64,000 nucleotides of DNA from Ignisphaera sp. (lineage in GTDB: Archaea > Thermoproteota > Thermoprotei_A > Sulfolobales > Ignisphaeraceae), in assembly GCA_038889075.1 (NCBI GenBank), contig JAWAHS010000002.1:236930-300929 (forward strand). Direction: 5' to 3'. Positions 61,922 to 64,000 of this stretch are shown one piece after another; position 1 is the stretch's first letter, and each line of letters begins with the position of its first letter. The notes below the pieces were generated by a model. That model was not told the DNA's origin, ran no database searches, and saw only the letters and a program-made list of their open reading frames with translations. Both the position numbers and the translations under genes were made by a program.

Positions 61922-62645
61922 TTTCCTCTATATACTTCTCAATATATAGTTTATTCCTCTCGATACCACCTGGTATATTGGAACTCATCCATACCTCAGG
62001 CTTTATACCTCTTTCCAGCAACTTTTCAATAGTTCTAATTGTCAGTATCTGAACTATAAAGGAGTTAATAATAGTTGAAACCGGAGCTACCCTTGCATCA
62101 AGACCGTCGATTTCTATAACAGCATCGCCCTCAGGAACCCTATTATCTATAACAACATCCACGACCTCATACAGCTTCTTACCAAAGGGATTCTCAGGAG
62201 GAACCCCTTTCGAGAATCTAAGCGATGTTATTCCAACGGTTTTCAATCCCATCGATCTAGCCTCTAGAGCTAGCTCAACGGGAAGGGCATTCTTACCAGA
62301 ATTGGATACTATTATCAATGCAGATCCGGATTTTATGGGTGTTGAAGCTAAAAGAGCCTTTGCATAACCTGGTAGCCTCTCTAGGAAGGTACTCTTTAAT
62401 GCACCATTTAGCGCAGAGAGCGATATATCTATTAGTGGAAATATTCTTACGAGACCGCCAGCTCTATAAAACATTTCAAGAGCGATTAGCATAGAGTGGC
62501 CTGTTCCAAACACATATATGAAGCCACCCCGTGTTATTGCATTACTTAGAACTTCTGCTGCTTTATCTATGTTATTCCTTTCCTCACTTAGCAGTTCATC
62601 TATTATTCTAGAAATCGTTTCCTTAAACACTCTACAGTAATCCAT
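61908..62645 (-). CDS. SIS-domain sugar isomerase-like protein
   Basis: [36 protein letters not shown]. Confidence 0.9.
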   Translation of the reverse strand: MDYCRVFKETISRIIDELLSEERNNIDKAAEVLSNAITRGGFIYVFGTGHSMLIALEMFYRAGGLVRIFPLIDISLSALNGALKSTFLERLPGYAKALLASTPIKSGSALIIVSNSGKNALPVELALEARSMGLKTVGITSLRFSKGVPPENPFGKKLYEVVDVVIDNRVPEGDAVIEIDGLDARVAPVSTIINSFIVQILTIRTIEKLLERGIKPEVWMSSNIPGGIERNKLYIEKYIEEIKPL

Positions 62646-62756
62646 AGCTTAGAGCACCTATTGCCATATAGTAATAGTATCTCTACAGATTATTAAAGAC
62701 TTTACTAAGCTGTAGTTATATGCTATATATTATTGTGATAGGATGGTTTGCAGTAA

Positions 62757-63854
62757 TTATGGATGATGTTTTTCTAGCCACAGTTTCTTTTTCTTTATAT
62801 AGTACAGATAGTTCTGATACGATACATCTGGAGGTACTCTATGGTCTACCGTTGGTATATATCCTCCCTCTTCTAGAAGAGGTGTTAACCGCTCTAGTTC
62901 TCTATCAATAGCCTCAGGTCCAGATATTAAAGCTCTCTTATCTACACCACCCATAAGTAGTACCCTTCTACCAAATCTCTCTCTAAGTTTATATGGATCT
63001 ACATATCGCGCCTCAAGAGGAAACATGCAGTTTACCCCAGCATCAAGCCAACCAGGTACTAGGGCATCTATATTTCCATCGCAATCAACAACAACTATAT
63101 TAACACCGTGTTCATGGAGTATTTCCGTAATCTTCTTGTACCTAGGCACCATATGCTTTTCAAATAGCTTTGGTGAGAGCAGTGGTCCCTTGCTATATGC
63201 CATGTCCTCCCAGAACCAGGCGAAATCTACTTTGACATCCCTAAGAACTATTCTAAGGATTGTAGTCACTAGGTTAACTATGGTATCCATCATTTCTTCA
63301 ATCCAGTCTAGCTCTCTATAGAATGCTATGGATATTTTTTCAACACCCATGAGGTTTCTTAGCCATCCATATAGACTTCCCACAAATACGCCTACCGGAT
63401 AATTCCTATCCCTATACTTTTCAACAATATCGTTCCAGTTTAGAGGAATTCGACCAGGAGTCTCGGGATTAAAGAACGGTTTTAGCCTTTTCCAATCATC
63501 TCTATTCCTTATTGGATGCCTGATGTACTGTGGTATTGTGGAGGTAGAGACTTTCTTTACAAATATACCTCCAAGACCATCGGCGACCATCTCTCTATCG
63601 TTTTCCTTCTTTAGAGAAATCGAGGGTGGGTTAGGCCATATACCTATAGCAATAGGTAGAAATTCTAGACTTTCTATACCTTCTAAACCAAGGTATTGCT
63701 CTATATCATTACTAGTTTTTACTTCAATAGGCAGACCCTCTCTATGCCACCTATCAATAGTTTCATTCCAATATCCAAATTCGTAATTAGGTACTCTATC
63801 AACGCTTCTAAACTCAAATGTTCTTAGAAAACGCTCTCTGTGATTTAAATCCAT
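62757..63854 (-). CDS. Uroporphyrinogen decarboxylase/MtaA-like (URO-D superfamily) protein
   Basis: DRVP, WEDMAY..GPLLSP, DCDGN, GGVDK, GGYIPTVDH.VP. Confidence 0.85.
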   Translation of the reverse strand: MDLNHRERFLRTFEFRSVDRVPNYEFGYWNETIDRWHREGLPIEVKTSNDIEQYLGLEGIESLEFLPIAIGIWPNPPSISLKKENDREMVADGLGGIFVKKVSTSTIPQYIRHPIRNRDDWKRLKPFFNPETPGRIPLNWNDIVEKYRDRNYPVGVFVGSLYGWLRNLMGVEKISIAFYRELDWIEEMMDTIVNLVTTILRIVLRDVKVDFAWFWEDMAYSKGPLLSPKLFEKHMVPRYKKITEILHEHGVNIVVVDCDGNIDALVPGWLDAGVNCMFPLEARYVDPYKLRERFGRRVLLMGGVDKRALISGPEAIDRELERLTPLLEEGGYIPTVDHRVPPDVSYQNYLYYIKKKKLWLEKHHP

Positions 63855-64000
63855 TAGAATCCCTCTAGAAGTTTCCTTTCCTCAATCCACTTCTTACATA
63901 TCAGAGCACCTTCATATGCATCTACACCACCAGCATCAGCACCAATTTCTTTTGCAAACTCCTTTGTTACGGCAGCTCCGCCTACAATAATCTTCACCCT
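63854..64000 (-). CDS. Cobalamin-binding corrinoid protein, C-terminal fragment (5' end outside window)
   Basis: Minus-strand translation RVKIIVGGAAVTKEFAKEIGADAGGVDAYEG...GF*; its stop overlaps the ATG of the URO-D gene (TAATG). Confidence 0.82.
   Translation of the reverse strand, partial: RVKIIVGGAAVTKEFAKEIGADAGGVDAYEGALICKKWIEERKLLEGF

Noticed and set aside
1-64000. Numerous 60-170 aa antisense/overlapping ORFs in the ORF track
   Set aside because: Shadows of well-supported genes on the opposite strand or in another frame, with no motifs or RBS
1-64000. CRISPR array, tRNA, rRNA, ORB-type replication origin, intact transposase or integrase
   Set aside because: No regularly spaced repeats, cloverleaf/T-loop signatures, rRNA-like tracts, ORB boxes or DDE/Y1/tyrosine-recombinase motifs seen by eye

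Overview
AT-rich, densely coding archaeal chromosome segment. Archaeal TBP, NurA/HerA, CTP-dependent riboflavin kinase, TATA-box promoters and sulfide-type Thi4 point to a thermophilic crenarchaeote; a Desulfurococcales/Ignisphaera-like origin is my inference. About 55 genes cover DNA end resection, Fe2+ uptake (DtxR-FeoB with a visible double operator), cofactor metabolism (Thi4, CitG, LarB/LarC, RibK, NnrE/D), peptide ABC and ECF transport, PLP enzymes, a DUF917-hydantoinase-NCS1 module, TldD/E, and C1/methyl-transfer genes (Fae, a UROD/MtaA-like protein, a corrinoid protein). I recognised no rRNA, tRNA, CRISPR array or intact transposase. The most notable observations are: (1) a ~115-nt, ~62% GC two-hairpin RNA with K-turn-like motifs behind its own TATA box at 37.17 kb; (2) citG paired with an MdcG-like nucleotidyltransferase; (3) a circularly permuted peptide-binding protein; (4) a tbp gene whose conserved N-terminus has no in-frame canonical start codon; (5) a three-copy decayed intergenic repeat family; (6) a C/D box sRNA upstream of fae. 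All family assignments come from motif recognition by eye, not from database searches.
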